32,000 nt of DNA from Prochlorococcus marinus subsp. pastoris str. CCMP1986 (GCF_000011465.1 NC_005072.1:390001-422000), one strand, 5' to 3'. Positions 1 through 10,069 are shown, counted from the stretch's first letter. The notes: a model not told the origin generated them from the letters alone. Numbers and translations: made by a program.

Positions 1-561
1 AAGCGCGACCCATTCTCTATCACACTTTCCGTTGATTTTGCCTGTTAACTTAGGTTTGTCTAACTCTATATGAGGAGGAACATTAGCTAAACCAGGAAAT
101 TCAATATTACCTTCAACAAGTTTTTTACTCGCTTTGTTTTCTTTAATGCTAATTACATCTCCTGGTTTACATTGGTAACCTGCAATATCAAGAACTTTTC
201 CGTTAATGGTTACATGCCCATGATTTACTAATTGTCTTGAACCTGGTATTGTTCCACCAAAACCTAATCTAAAACAAACATTATCTAATCTGTTTTCTAA
301 AAGTCTAAGGAGATTGGTTCCTGTAGAGCCTTCTTGAGCCCTAGCTTTTTTAACGTAACGAACTAGTTGCCTTTCAGAAACTCCATAGTTGAATCTAAGT
401 TTCTGCTTTTCTTCTAGACGAATTGCGTATTCTGATCGCTTGCGACGGGCTTGACCGTGCTGACCTGGAGGATTAGACTTCTTTGAAGCTTTCCTAGTGA
501 GACCTGGTAGTTCTCCCAAGCGACGCGTAACCCTTAATCTTGGGCCGCGGTATCTTGACAT
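1..561 (-). CDS. rpsD: 30S ribosomal protein S4 (3' end runs off the window start)
   Basis: Minus-strand translation from ATG (complement of 559-561) gives [122 protein letters not shown]...CDREWVAL. This is the canonical S4 N-terminus plus the S4 RNA-binding domain. The frame is open to base 1. It is absent from the ORF track because it is truncated. Confidence 0.93.
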   Translation of the reverse strand, partial: MSRYRGPRLRVTRRLGELPGLTRKASKKSNPPGQHGQARRKRSEYAIRLEEKQKLRFNYGVSERQLVRYVKKARAQEGSTGTNLLRLLENRLDNVCFRLGFGGTIPGSRQLVNHGHVTINGKVLDIAGYQCKPGDVISIKENKASKKLVEGNIEFPGLANVPPHIELDKPKLTGKINGKCDREWVAL

Positions 562-656
562 AAGTTTAAATTAAAATTGAGATTTGCAATAAATTGGATA
601 ATTGATTAAATTCAACTAAACTAAATACTACTGAACTGTTATTTTACATCATTAAA

Positions 657-893
657 GTGTTCAAAACTATTAATAAATCAATTACTTCTATACTTCTATT
701 TATGATTTCCTGTTATCAAAAGTGGTTTTCTCCTTTTTTTGGACCAAGATGTAGATTTATACCAAGCTGCAGCTCCTATGGATACGAGGCAATTACTAGA
801 CATGGACCTTGGAAGGGAGGGTGGTTAACTTTAAGAAGATTAAGTAGATGTCATCCTTTAACTCCCTGTGGATGTGACCCTGTGCCTGATTGA
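657..893 (+). CDS. yidD: Membrane protein insertion efficiency factor YidD
   Basis: 78 aa with a GTG start. Shows the YidD signature YQKWFSP...CRFIPSCSSYGYEAI..HG..KG..L...RL.RCHP. Confidence 0.85.
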   Translation: MFKTINKSITSILLFMISCYQKWFSPFFGPRCRFIPSCSSYGYEAITRHGPWKGGWLTLRRLSRCHPLTPCGCDPVPD

Positions 894-897
894 ATGA

Positions 898-1200
898 ATG
901 AAAATATTTATTTTTGTTAGGCAGGGATGTTGCCTTTGTGATTCATTAAAAAACAAACTGGCAAAAATAAATCTTAATGAGTTATTCCCTAATCTAGAGG
1001 AGCTTAAAGAAATTGATATTGATAGGATCGATTTATATAAAGATAAATATAAAAAATATGATTATGAAGTACCTGTAATTGCTGTTGAAGGAAATAGGTA
1101 TGAGGAAATTATAGAATTACCTCGTATTTCTCCAAGATTAAAAGATGATCAATTAAAGAATTGGTTTCAAAAAAATATTAATACCATTCTGAAGAAATAA
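898..1200 (+). CDS. Glutaredoxin-like (thioredoxin-fold, DUF836-type) small protein
   Basis: 100 aa. N-terminal beta-strand followed by a C-x2-C redox motif (VRQGCCLCD), and a later VPVI motif typical of glutaredoxin-2/DUF836 proteins. Starts 4 nt after the yidD stop. Confidence 0.6.
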   Translation: MKIFIFVRQGCCLCDSLKNKLAKINLNELFPNLEELKEIDIDRIDLYKDKYKKYDYEVPVIAVEGNRYEEIIELPRISPRLKDDQLKNWFQKNINTILKK

Positions 1201-1210
1201 TTTTTGTTAT

Positions 1211-2746
1211 ATGAGATCTATAAAATTACATAGACTTTTAGATTTGGTAGGAATTATCCCCTCATTAGATCTAATTGATAAAGAAATCAATAATATTTCT
1301 TTTAACTCTAAAGAAGTACAAAAAGGAACTTTATTTTTAGGTATGCCTGGTTTAAATGTTGATGGAGGAAAATATTGTATTGAGGCAATTGAAAATGGTG
1401 CAGAGGCTGCCATTATTGGATCTGCTGCAAAACAGAAAATTGGATCTATTGATCGAGAAAGGATTTTGGTTATAGAGGATAATTTAGATTATATTTTTGG
1501 TCAAATAGTCTCTGAGTTTTGGAATAGGCCTTCAAGAAAACTAAAACTTATTGGTGTTACGGGTACAAATGGAAAAACGACAATTACTTTTTTACTGGAA
1601 TATCTTTTAAAAAAATTAGGAAAAAAGACTGCATTATTTGGGACCTTATTTAATAGATGGCCTGGCTTCTCTGAAGTGGCTTCTCATACAACTGATTTCG
1701 CTGATAAACTTCAAAAAAAATTAAATGCTGCTGTTGATGCAGAATCTGAATTCGCGATATTAGAAGTAAGTTCTCATTCTATTGCTCAAAACAGGATATC
1801 TGGCTGCGAATTTGAAGCGGCTATTTTTACTAATTTAACTCAAGATCATCTTGATTATCACTCAGATATGGAATCTTATTTTCAAACAAAAAGAAAATTA
1901 TTTTTCCCACCTTATTTAAAAGATAAAGATGGAATTTCCGTATTAAATCATGATGACCTTTGGATATCTAAATTATCATCTGATCTTGAAAAGAGATCGT
2001 CATTAGTCTCTACAAAGATTACTAAGAGTGAATTTAAAAATGATGGTTTTTTTTACGTAACAGATAAACAATTTACTGAAAGTGGCTCCACCTGTATTTT
2101 TCATACACCTAAGGAAAAAATTAAACTTTTTGTTCCACTTGTGGGTGAATTTAATTTAATGAATGCGATTCAAGCAATAACAATTTTGTATAAACTTAAT
2201 TTCTCTTTAAAAGATTTATCAAAGTTAATACAATCTTTCCCTGGTGCTCCTGGGAGAATGGAGAAGATAGAAATTGATAATAATGACGTTTCAAGATCAC
2301 TTCCAATAGTAATTATTGATTATGCCCATACTCCTGATGGATTAAAAAAAGTTTTGCAATCAATTAAAAAACTTTGTAAAGGGAAACTCATTACTGTTTT
2401 TGGCTGTGGAGGAGATCGAGATCGTAGTAAAAGGCCTTTAATGGGATCAATAGCTGAAGAGTTTTCTGATCATGTATTTATAACTTCAGATAATCCAAGA
2501 TCAGAGGAACCGCAACAGATAGTAAATGATATTTTAATGGGTATAGAAAAAAGAGAAAAAATAACATTTGATATTGATAGATTTAAAGCAATAAATGAAT
2601 CTATCAAATTTGCTAATAAAGAAGATATTGTTTTAATAGCTGGAAAAGGACATGAAGACTATCAAATTCTCAATGATAAAGTGATTAATTTTGATGATAG
2701 AAAAATAGCTCAAAAATTATTACAAGAAAAAAGTAAATCTAAATAA
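1211..2746 (+). CDS. murE: UDP-N-acetylmuramoyl-L-alanyl-D-glutamate--2,6-diaminopimelate ligase
   Basis: 511 aa. Mur ligase P-loop GVTGTNGKTT, DYAHTPD, GCGGDRDRSKRP and the MurE DAP-specificity motif DNPR (TSDNPRSEEP). Confidence 0.93.
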   Translation: MRSIKLHRLLDLVGIIPSLDLIDKEINNISFNSKEVQKGTLFLGMPGLNVDGGKYCIEAIENGAEAAIIGSAAKQKIGSIDRERILVIEDNLDYIFGQIVSEFWNRPSRKLKLIGVTGTNGKTTITFLLEYLLKKLGKKTALFGTLFNRWPGFSEVASHTTDFADKLQKKLNAAVDAESEFAILEVSSHSIAQNRISGCEFEAAIFTNLTQDHLDYHSDMESYFQTKRKLFFPPYLKDKDGISVLNHDDLWISKLSSDLEKRSSLVSTKITKSEFKNDGFFYVTDKQFTESGSTCIFHTPKEKIKLFVPLVGEFNLMNAIQAITILYKLNFSLKDLSKLIQSFPGAPGRMEKIEIDNNDVSRSLPIVIIDYAHTPDGLKKVLQSIKKLCKGKLITVFGCGGDRDRSKRPLMGSIAEEFSDHVFITSDNPRSEEPQQIVNDILMGIEKREKITFDIDRFKAINESIKFANKEDIVLIAGKGHEDYQILNDKVINFDDRKIAQKLLQEKSKSK

Positions 2747-2827
2747 AATTTGCTAACTAAATCAGAAAGATCTTTACACAAATCTCAAGAAAAGTGTCTT
2801 AAGATAGATTAAGTAATTTTTAATAAG

Positions 2828-3532
2828 ATGAAGGGGTTAGCCTTAATCGTAGGCGCAGGTGGAATTGGAACGCAAATAGCTAAAGATTTGAATGAAAGTG
2901 AAAAAGAATTAGATGTTGTTTTGTGTGGAAGAAAAAGTCAATTTAATTCTTTTTGGGAATTAGACATAGAGGATTCTCAATCACTTTTGCAGTTTAAAAG
3001 TAAAATTTCGAATCATTCTTCAAAATTAAGATTGGTAGTTAATGCTACTGGAAAACTTCATAGTGAAAATCTTAAGCCAGAAAAAAGATTACAACATCTT
3101 GATAAAAAAAATATGATGGAAAGTTTTTCAATAAATGCCTTTTCTCCTATTTTATTAGCTAAAGCTATTGAAGAATTTATACCAAAAGATTGTGAGTTTA
3201 ATTTTGCAAGTATAAGTGCAAGAGTAGGAAGCATTGGAGATAATCAAACTGGAGGTTGGTATTCATATAGAGCTGCAAAATCTGCGCAAAATCAGTTTTT
3301 TAAATCTTTAAGTATTGAGTGGGCTAGACGTTTTCCAAAAGCTACAATTACATTGCTTCATCCAGGTACAGTAGATACTGATTTATCTAGACCTTTTCAT
3401 AAATTTGTTCCAGAACATAAATTATTTAGTACAGAAAAATCATCCCAATTCTTGATCAGTATTATTAAAAATCAATCACCAGCATCTACCGGAAAATTTA
3501 TTGCATGGGATAGCTCAGAAATTCCCTGGTAA
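2828..3532 (+). CDS. Short-chain dehydrogenase/reductase (SDR) family protein
   Basis: 234 aa. Rossmann motif VGAGGIGTQ near the N-terminus, catalytic YxxxK (YSYRAAKSA), and HPGTVDTDL downstream. Confidence 0.75.
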   Translation: MKGLALIVGAGGIGTQIAKDLNESEKELDVVLCGRKSQFNSFWELDIEDSQSLLQFKSKISNHSSKLRLVVNATGKLHSENLKPEKRLQHLDKKNMMESFSINAFSPILLAKAIEEFIPKDCEFNFASISARVGSIGDNQTGGWYSYRAAKSAQNQFFKSLSIEWARRFPKATITLLHPGTVDTDLSRPFHKFVPEHKLFSTEKSSQFLISIIKNQSPASTGKFIAWDSSEIPW

Positions 3533-4696
3533 TTTTTTTATTTCTTCAGAAAGTAAATCAATTTCATCGTTTGTTGTCATCTGATGTACGCATGCTCTAA
3601 ACCATTTTGGGTCTTCTAAAACTCTAATCCAAATTTTCTTTTCTCCAAGTTTCTTCACAAATTTGTACTTATCTTCAATATTTTCGATATTAAAACTAAC
3701 TATCCCATTTAAGTATTTTTTTTCTAAAACTAATTCAATTTCTTTAAATTGACTTAAACTATCCCAAAGTTTCCCACTTAATCTTTTGATATGTTTGCTT
3801 TTTTCTTTTTCAGTACAGTCTTTATCCAAAAGATCTAAAGAATTCCGAAGACCTGCAAGTAAAGGAATACAAGAGGTAGCTACTTCAAACTTTCTTGCAT
3901 CTTCATGAAAAAGATTATCTGAAGGTTCATAAATTCCTTGTTCTTTTTTTAATGATTTCCAACCAATTATTGTTGGATCTGTTTCATGAATAAATCTATC
4001 TGAGACATAAATAGCTCCAAGTCCTTCAGGACCACATGCCCATTTATGAGAAGTTATGGAATATAGATCAGAATAAAAAACTTCATCTTCAATTTTTATA
4101 TGACCAAAGGTTTGAGCACCATCAACAAGTAGATAAGAATTTTCTCGATTATTTTTTAATTCGATAGAAATTTGTTTTAAAGGAATTTTATATCCAAAGT
4201 TCCACAAAATATGAGAAATAATTAGGATCTTAGTCTTACTATTTAGATTTTTTGAAATCTCTAAAATTATATTTTCATCGTTTAGATTTTTAATTTTTTG
4301 GATTGGTAAAATTTTGAATATTAATTTATTTCTCCTACAAAATTCTCTACTTGCAGCTACTACACCAGGATGTTCACAGTCACTTATTAACAATTCTTCT
4401 CCCCCTTCTACTTTTATACCCCAAAAAGGCAAAATCATTCCAGAAGAGATATTCTCAGTTAAAGCTACATTTTTTGAATTAACACCTAATTTTTGCGCAA
4501 TAATTTTTTTTGTGGTCAATATTTCTTTATAAATAAAAGGCCACATATCATTTGTAAATGGTCCTAAATCTTGAATGATTTCCCAAGTTTTGACTATTGC
4601 TTCTAGAGAAGATTTTGGTAATGGTCCTTGACCTCCATAATTGAAGTAATATTTATTTTTTAATGCGGGTATTTGATCTCTTAAATTAATTATCAT
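3515..4696 (-). CDS. Class-V aminotransferase, cysteine/cystine lyase (C-DES)-like or cysteine desulfurase-like
   Basis: 393 aa. Fold-type I PLP enzyme pattern with the PLP-lysine motif SHKWACGPEGLG and DGAQTFGH. Its 3' end overlaps the convergent SDR gene by 18 nt. Confidence 0.75.
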   Translation of the reverse strand: MIINLRDQIPALKNKYYFNYGGQGPLPKSSLEAIVKTWEIIQDLGPFTNDMWPFIYKEILTTKKIIAQKLGVNSKNVALTENISSGMILPFWGIKVEGGEELLISDCEHPGVVAASREFCRRNKLIFKILPIQKIKNLNDENIILEISKNLNSKTKILIISHILWNFGYKIPLKQISIELKNNRENSYLLVDGAQTFGHIKIEDEVFYSDLYSITSHKWACGPEGLGAIYVSDRFIHETDPTIIGWKSLKKEQGIYEPSDNLFHEDARKFEVATSCIPLLAGLRNSLDLLDKDCTEKEKSKHIKRLSGKLWDSLSQFKEIELVLEKKYLNGIVSFNIENIEDKYKFVKKLGEKKIWIRVLEDPKWFRACVHQMTTNDEIDLLSEEIKKLPGNF

Positions 4697-4728
4697 TCAA
4701 ATTTTAAAATTAAATTTCTTGAGAAGGA

Positions 4729-5523
4729 CTAAATATTCCCTACTAAAGTAACTGTTCTAAATTCAATATCTTCAATAACTTTCCAAGGTTCATTACTTCT
4801 CTCCGCGAATTCTAAGTTTTTAAAACCTAGATCTTTAAAATCATTTAGTAATTCTGGCTCATACCACGCTCCACTAATACATCCTGTCCATAGATCATGA
4901 TCATTTTGCAACCTTAAAGGAACTCTTTTACTTGAGACAATATCGCTTATGGCTATTCTTCCATTATCTTTAAGAACTCTTTTTATATTTCTTAAAAGAT
5001 TTTTTCTAGATTCAGGATTTACTAAATTTAAAACACAATTACTTAAAATGATATCAACTGATTTGTTTGCGATTAATGGATTTAAATCTTTATCTAATAC
5101 ATCGAGATTTTCAATTGATCCACTAAGAAATTCTGTGTTGATGAAACCTATCTTTTCTGAAAACTTTTTGGAAGCATATCTTGATAATTTAAGCATATCA
5201 GGATTTTGATCAACCCCAATTACTTTCCCCTCTTCCCCAACAATTTGAGAGCAAATAAATGCATTTTTGCCACTCCCACTGCCAAGATCTAAAACAATAT
5301 CATTCTTCTTTACATATTTTGTTGGATTACCACATCCATAATCTCTCTCAATAACTTCTTCAGGAATTGCTTCAAGTAAAACAGGATTAAAACCAACAGG
5401 TGTGCAAAGACAACTCTCTTTTTCTAATGCAGCAGAACCATACCTTTCTTGAATAGCATCTTTATGATCAAGACCTTTCAAATTTTTATTTGACTCATCA
5501 GTATTGCAGCAATCGTTAGACAT
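4729..5523 (-). CDS. arsM: SAM-dependent methyltransferase, ArsM (arsenite methyltransferase)-like
   Basis: 264 aa. SAM motif I VLDLGSGSGKN. Cysteines sit in the contexts DYGCGNP, LSNCVLNL and WTGCISGA, which match my recollection of the As(III)-binding Cys triad of ArsM/AS3MT. An extra N-terminal CC and a C-L-C are present. Confidence 0.65.
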   Translation of the reverse strand: MSNDCCNTDESNKNLKGLDHKDAIQERYGSAALEKESCLCTPVGFNPVLLEAIPEEVIERDYGCGNPTKYVKKNDIVLDLGSGSGKNAFICSQIVGEEGKVIGVDQNPDMLKLSRYASKKFSEKIGFINTEFLSGSIENLDVLDKDLNPLIANKSVDIILSNCVLNLVNPESRKNLLRNIKRVLKDNGRIAISDIVSSKRVPLRLQNDHDLWTGCISGAWYEPELLNDFKDLGFKNLEFAERSNEPWKVIEDIEFRTVTLVGNI

Positions 5524-5555
5524 TGAAATTATTCTGATTCTTAATTAATATAGCC

Positions 5556-5585
5556 AAAAAAAAACCCCTACTTAGGGGTTTTTTC
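5556..5585 (-). terminator. Rho-independent terminator (bidirectional shape) downstream of the DUF4278 micro-gene
   Basis: AAAAAAAAACCCCTACTTAGGGGTTTTTTC. The GC stem CCCCT/AGGGG is flanked by an A-run on one side and a T-run on the other. It lies 15 nt past the stop of the 5600.. ORF on the minus strand. Confidence 0.8.
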
Positions 5586-5599
5586 TTTTTTGAATTAAA

Positions 5600-5773
5600 T
5601 TATTTAGTGTATTTAGCACCTCTGTAATTTAATTCTGCCTTTTCATTACTTGAAGAAGCGTCATCCATTCTATTGGTGTATACGTTTCTTCGGTAGGTAA
5701 GTTCAACAGGTTGCTTTTTAGCAGCCTTTTTGTTTTGAACGTAGTTTTTACCTCTGTAAGTTAAAGTAGTCAT
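5600..5773 (-). CDS. DUF4278-type small protein with three (L)xYRGxxY repeats
   Basis: MTTLTYRGKNYVQNKKAAKKQPVELTYRRNVYTNRMDDASSSNEKAELNYRGAKYTK. Proteins of this family typically begin directly with the xLxYRG repeat, so I prefer the ATG at 5773. The ORF track extends in frame to an ATG at 5797, which would lie just 3' of the riboswitch-like helix. Confidence 0.7.
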   Translation of the reverse strand: MTTLTYRGKNYVQNKKAAKKQPVELTYRRNVYTNRMDDASSSNEKAELNYRGAKYTK

Positions 5774-5794
5774 GTTTCGATGTGACAAAACGGC

Positions 5795-5850
5795 CATCCC
5801 CCGTTCCCTGGTATGACTCGAACTGCGCCTTCTAAAGAAGGTGAACGAAA
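5795..5850 (-). ncRNA. Glutamine riboswitch-like leader (glnA RNA / Downstream-peptide class)
   Basis: Minus-strand RNA: AUUU-CGUUC-ACCUUCUUUAGAAGG-CGCAGUUCGAGUCAUACCAGG-GAACG-GGGGAUG. CGUUC (5847-5843) pairs with GAACG (5806-5802). This helix encloses a CCUUC-UUUA-GAAGG hairpin (5841-5828). The CGUUCACC...GGGAACG frame, the local GC peak in an AT-rich spacer, and the position directly upstream of a short DUF4278 ORF in a marine picocyanobacterium all fit this riboswitch class as I recall it. No covariance-model search was run. Confidence 0.6.
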
Positions 5851-5871
5851 TGTAGCAATAGCTACTTTTTA

Positions 5872-5877
5872 ATTATA
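5872..5877 (-). promoter_or_regulatory. Candidate -10 box (TATAAT) for the riboswitch / micro-ORF transcript
   Basis: The complement of ATTATA at 5872-5877 is a perfect TATAAT. It lies about 25 nt upstream of the riboswitch-like helix. A GUAGC-UAUU-GCUAC 5' hairpin (5866-5853) follows it. No clear -35 element. Confidence 0.35.
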
Positions 5878-6029
5878 GACGTATTTTTGTATTGCTGTCC
5901 AGATATTACGGATAGAAATAATTTTTTAATTTTTTTTTAATTATTATCTTAAGTAAATTTTGGTGTGATTTATATCTAAAAGGGATTAGGTTTATATTTA
6001 ATTTCCTCTTTACTAATTAATTTAAATTT

Positions 6030-6290
6030 ATGACAGGGTTTTTATATTTTTTGGGAAATACTTTGAGATGGCCCGCTTTAAAACCAAAAGAATTTTTTTC
6101 TTTACATGCATACTTTACTATTATTTATTTGATAACTTATACATTAAGTAAGAATGAAGTTAATCAGTCAAATTTAGTTTTTACATTAGGAATTCTAGCT
6201 CCTCTTTTAATAGCTATAGGTCAAGGTCTTCCTGTAAATTGCTTAGATTTTAAATCATCATTAACTAAGGAATTAAGCCAAGAGTCGTAA
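6030..6290 (+). CDS. Hypothetical small membrane protein
   Basis: 86 aa with two hydrophobic segments (HAYFTIIYLITYTL, LVFTLGILAPLLIAIGQGL). It occupies an otherwise empty gap. No family recognised. Confidence 0.45.
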   Translation: MTGFLYFLGNTLRWPALKPKEFFSLHAYFTIIYLITYTLSKNEVNQSNLVFTLGILAPLLIAIGQGLPVNCLDFKSSLTKELSQES

Positions 6291-6311
6291 AAAGATTTTT
6301 TAAAAAATAGC

Positions 6312-6557
6312 TTACAAAACTTGGACTACTTCACTTATTTCAGGAATCATTTCTTTTAGCTTTCTTTCTATTCCCATTTTTAATGTCATGGTACTGCTTG
6401 GGCAGCTTCCACATGCTCCTTGAAGTCTTACTTTAACAATGGGACCATCAATTTCTGCTATTTCTACATTACCTCCATCTGATATTAAGAAAGGTCTTAG
6501 TTCATCTAAAACCGTTTCTACATTTTCATTTGTAAGTGGTAATGTTTCAGTACTCAT
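6312..6557 (-). CDS. nfuA: NifU C-terminal domain (Nfu-type) Fe-S cluster scaffold/carrier protein
   Basis: 81 aa. [17 protein letters not shown]...[19 protein letters not shown] is the canonical Nfu CxxC domain. Confidence 0.85.
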   Translation of the reverse strand: MSTETLPLTNENVETVLDELRPFLISDGGNVEIAEIDGPIVKVRLQGACGSCPSSTMTLKMGIERKLKEMIPEISEVVQVL

Positions 6558-6628
6558 AATTTTGAATTAACTTTATAATAAGCGTAGAAAGAAATGCGAT
6601 TAATTGCAAAAAAAAATAATTTTCTGTT

Positions 6629-8122
6629 GTGACTTCTAAAAACATCTTAAATAAAAATAATTGTTATGATGCGATATTGGTAGGGGCAGGAATAATGAGC
6701 GGAACACTTGCGTTATTGATTACAGAGATTTTACCTACAATAAAAATATTAATTATAGAAAAGTTAAATAAACCAGGTAGTGAAAGTACGGGTGCATTTA
6801 ACAATGCAGGAACTGGTCACGCTGCAAATTGCGAATTAAATTACACCCCCGTAGATGAAAATGGAGATTTACAAATAGATAAAGCCCTTTTTATAAATCG
6901 TTCCTTTGAAAATTCAATGTCTTTATGGGCCTCATTGTACTCAAAGGGGAAGATAGATATTAAAAAATTTTTAAAATTTATTCCTCATATAAGCTTTGTC
7001 ACAGGGACTGAAAATATTTCTTTTTTAAAAAAAAGATTTAAAGCAATGTCTAAATATCCAGAGTTTGCAGACATGGAATTTTCATCATCTTTTAATCAAA
7101 TAAAATCATGGGCACCACTTATTACTACTTGTAGAGATCCATTAGATAAAGTTGCAGCTACTCGAATAAAAAGAGGAACTGATATCAATTTTCAAGCTTT
7201 AACAAGAGAATATCTAACTTACATTTCTAAGAATAAGAATGTTGAAATTTTTTATAACACAGAATTAATAGATTTAAAGAAAACAGACAAAAAACAATGG
7301 AAATTAAAAGTTCGTTCACTAGGCAAAATCGTTTCCCTGAACACTTCATACGTTTTCCTTGGAGCTGGTGGCAAAACAATAAACTTTTTGCAAAAATCTA
7401 AAATTCCTGAAGCTAAAATATATGGTGGTTTTCCTGTTAGTGGAAAATGGCTTATATGTGAGGAAAAGTCTTTAACGGAAAAACATAATGCAAAAGTTTA
7501 TGGGAAAGCAGATATAGGATCACCTCCAATGTCAGTGCCGCATTTAGATACAAGATGGATTGAAGGCAAAAAATTTCTTCTCTATGGCCCTTTTGCTGGT
7601 TTCACGACTAAATTCTTAAAAAAGGGCTCTTATTTAGATTTATTTAGTTCAATTAAAAAAAGTAATTTATTTTCTATGCTTGATGTTGGGATTAAGAATA
7701 ACGAATTAATTAATTATCTTTTTTCACAATCTTTTAAGAGTCATAATTCTAGAGTTGAAAATTTAAGGAATATGATGCCATCAGCTGAGCCTTCGAATTG
7801 GTATTTAGAGAATGCTGGGCAAAGAGTTCAAATAATCAAAAAAACTAAAGATGGAGGTTCTTTGCAATTTGGCACGGAAATTGTCAACTCGGGAGATGGT
7901 TCACTTTCTGCTTTATTAGGTGCTTCTCCTGGAGCTAGTACAGCAGTTTCAATAATGATTGAGGTTTTAAAAAAATCTTGCCTTTTTAATGCTGATAAAT
8001 TTGAGCTTGAGAAGAAATTAAGTAATCTTCTTTATGAATCTGAAATAAAAAATGAAAGTGATAATAATTTTTTAGAAATTATTAAAAAAAGAAATAATTC
8101 TATTTTAGGTTTCCATCCATAA
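6629..8122 (+). CDS. mqo: Malate:quinone oxidoreductase
   Basis: 497 aa with a GTG start. FAD-binding N-terminus [12 protein letters not shown], then [17 protein letters not shown] and a [11 protein letters not shown]-terminal motif typical of Mqo. Confidence 0.9.
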   Translation: MTSKNILNKNNCYDAILVGAGIMSGTLALLITEILPTIKILIIEKLNKPGSESTGAFNNAGTGHAANCELNYTPVDENGDLQIDKALFINRSFENSMSLWASLYSKGKIDIKKFLKFIPHISFVTGTENISFLKKRFKAMSKYPEFADMEFSSSFNQIKSWAPLITTCRDPLDKVAATRIKRGTDINFQALTREYLTYISKNKNVEIFYNTELIDLKKTDKKQWKLKVRSLGKIVSLNTSYVFLGAGGKTINFLQKSKIPEAKIYGGFPVSGKWLICEEKSLTEKHNAKVYGKADIGSPPMSVPHLDTRWIEGKKFLLYGPFAGFTTKFLKKGSYLDLFSSIKKSNLFSMLDVGIKNNELINYLFSQSFKSHNSRVENLRNMMPSAEPSNWYLENAGQRVQIIKKTKDGGSLQFGTEIVNSGDGSLSALLGASPGASTAVSIMIEVLKKSCLFNADKFELEKKLSNLLYESEIKNESDNNFLEIIKKRNNSILGFHP

Positions 8123-8178
8123 TCTTAATTAGCTATTATGAATTAAGTGAAAAAAATATAGGAATCGTTCTTCAATAT

Positions 8179-9987
8179 ATGACTGATATATCTGTTTCAA
8201 AAATAAGAAATTTTTGCATAATAGCTCATATTGATCATGGTAAATCTACTCTCGCAGATAGGTTGCTTCAAGACACTGGTACTGTGAAGCAAAGAGATAT
8301 GCAAGATCAGTTTTTGGATAGTATGGATCTTGAAAGAGAAAGGGGTATAACAATCAAATTACAGGCTGCAAGAATGAAATATAAAGCAAAAGATTCGCAA
8401 GAATATATTTTAAATTTAATTGACACACCAGGACATGTTGATTTTTCTTATGAAGTAAGTAGATCTTTGCAGGCTTGTGAAGGTGCTTTATTAGTTGTTG
8501 ATGCAAGTCAAGGTGTAGAGGCTCAAACATTAGCCAATGTTTATCTTGCCCTTGAAAATAATTTAGAAATAATTCCTGTCTTAAATAAAGTTGATTTACC
8601 TGGTGCTGATGCTGAAAAAATAAAGCAAGAAATTGAAGAGATTATTGGATTAGACACATCTAATGCAATAAATTGTTCTGCTAAAACTGGAGAAGGAATA
8701 GAAGATATATTAGAAGCAGTTGTGAGTAGAATTCCTCATCCTCAAAATGAAGTTAAATCTCTTACTAAGGCGCTAATCTTTGACTCTTATTATGACCCCT
8801 ATAGAGGTGTAATTGTTTACTTCAGAGTGATAGCTGGGTCAATCAATAAAAAGGACAAGATCTTACTTATGGCAAGTAAGAAAAACTATGAGTTAGATGA
8901 AATTGGAATAATGGCTCCTGATGAGAAGCAAGTTAATGAACTACATGCGGGAGAAGTTGGTTATCTGGCTGCATCTATTAAGTCAGTCGCTGATGCAAGA
9001 GTGGGAGATACAATCACACTATTTAATTCTCCTGCAAAAGATCCTCTTCCTGGATATAAAACAGCCAATCCTATGGTGTTTTGTGGATTGTTTCCAACTG
9101 ATGCTGATCAATATCCAGATTTAAGAGAATCTTTAGAAAAACTGCAATTATCTGATGCGGCGCTTAAATACGAACCCGAGACAAGTAGTGCTATGGGATT
9201 CGGCTTTAGATGTGGATTTTTAGGACTTCTTCATATGGAAATTGTTCAGGAAAGATTGGAGAGGGAATATGATTTGGATTTGATAGTAACAGCGCCTTCA
9301 GTAATATATAAAGTTAATTTGAACGATCAGGAAGACATATTAATTGATAATCCTTCTACAATTCCAGATCCTCAATCAAGAGAATCAATAGAAGAACCTT
9401 ATGTAAAAATGGAAATTTATTCTCCCAATGAATTTAACGGGACACTAATGGGTTTATGCCAAGAAAGACGAGGTGTTTTTATTGATATGAAATATATCAC
9501 TACAGATAGAGTGACTTTGATTTACGAAATACCATTAGCAGAAGTCGTTACTGATTTTTTTGATCAAATGAAAAGTAGAACTCAAGGATATGCATCAATG
9601 GAATACCATTTAATTGGATATAGAAAAAATGATCTTGTTAGGTTAGATGTTCTTATAAATTCTGAAAGAGCTGATCCTTTAACTTCTATTGTTCATAAAG
9701 ATAAGGCCTATGGAATTGGTAGGGGCTTAGTAGAGAAATTAAAGGAGCTAATACCAAAACAACAATTTAAAATACCAATTCAGGCTTCAATAGGCAGCCG
9801 TATTATTGCAAGCGAAAGTATTAGCGCATTAAGAAAAGATGTCCTTTCTAAGTGCTACGGGGGAGATATCTCTAGAAAAAAGAAACTTTTGAAGAAGCAA
9901 GCTAAAGGGAAAAAGAGGATGAAGGCAATGGGTAAAGTTGATGTACCTCAAGAAGCTTTTATGGCAGTTCTGAAATTAAATCAGTAA
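8179..9987 (+). CDS. lepA: Translation elongation factor 4 (LepA)
   Basis: 602 aa. GTPase motifs [14 protein letters not shown] and NKVD, plus the LepA-specific C-terminal domain (...[24 protein letters not shown]). Confidence 0.95.
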   Translation: MTDISVSKIRNFCIIAHIDHGKSTLADRLLQDTGTVKQRDMQDQFLDSMDLERERGITIKLQAARMKYKAKDSQEYILNLIDTPGHVDFSYEVSRSLQACEGALLVVDASQGVEAQTLANVYLALENNLEIIPVLNKVDLPGADAEKIKQEIEEIIGLDTSNAINCSAKTGEGIEDILEAVVSRIPHPQNEVKSLTKALIFDSYYDPYRGVIVYFRVIAGSINKKDKILLMASKKNYELDEIGIMAPDEKQVNELHAGEVGYLAASIKSVADARVGDTITLFNSPAKDPLPGYKTANPMVFCGLFPTDADQYPDLRESLEKLQLSDAALKYEPETSSAMGFGFRCGFLGLLHMEIVQERLEREYDLDLIVTAPSVIYKVNLNDQEDILIDNPSTIPDPQSRESIEEPYVKMEIYSPNEFNGTLMGLCQERRGVFIDMKYITTDRVTLIYEIPLAEVVTDFFDQMKSRTQGYASMEYHLIGYRKNDLVRLDVLINSERADPLTSIVHKDKAYGIGRGLVEKLKELIPKQQFKIPIQASIGSRIIASESISALRKDVLSKCYGGDISRKKKLLKKQAKGKKRMKAMGKVDVPQEAFMAVLKLNQ

Positions 9988-10069
9988 TTAATTTCAAATT
10001 AAAAACTAAAAGCTATTTAATCTATGAAACAATAGGTATATTTTAGTTGATTCGAATAATCATAAATTT

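Noticed and set aside
5878-5900. A possible NtcA site (GTA-N8-TAC) upstream of the riboswitch promoter, expected for a nitrogen-regulated gene.
   Set aside because: The sequence GTATTTTTGTATTGC has GTA half-sites, but the spacing and second half-site do not fit GTA-N8-TAC on either strand.
8123-8160. A hairpin CTTAATT...AATTAAG after mqo as a terminator.
   Set aside because: The stem is 7 bp and all A/T apart from one C:G pair. It is followed by an A-run, not a U-run, on the relevant strand. This is too weak to call.
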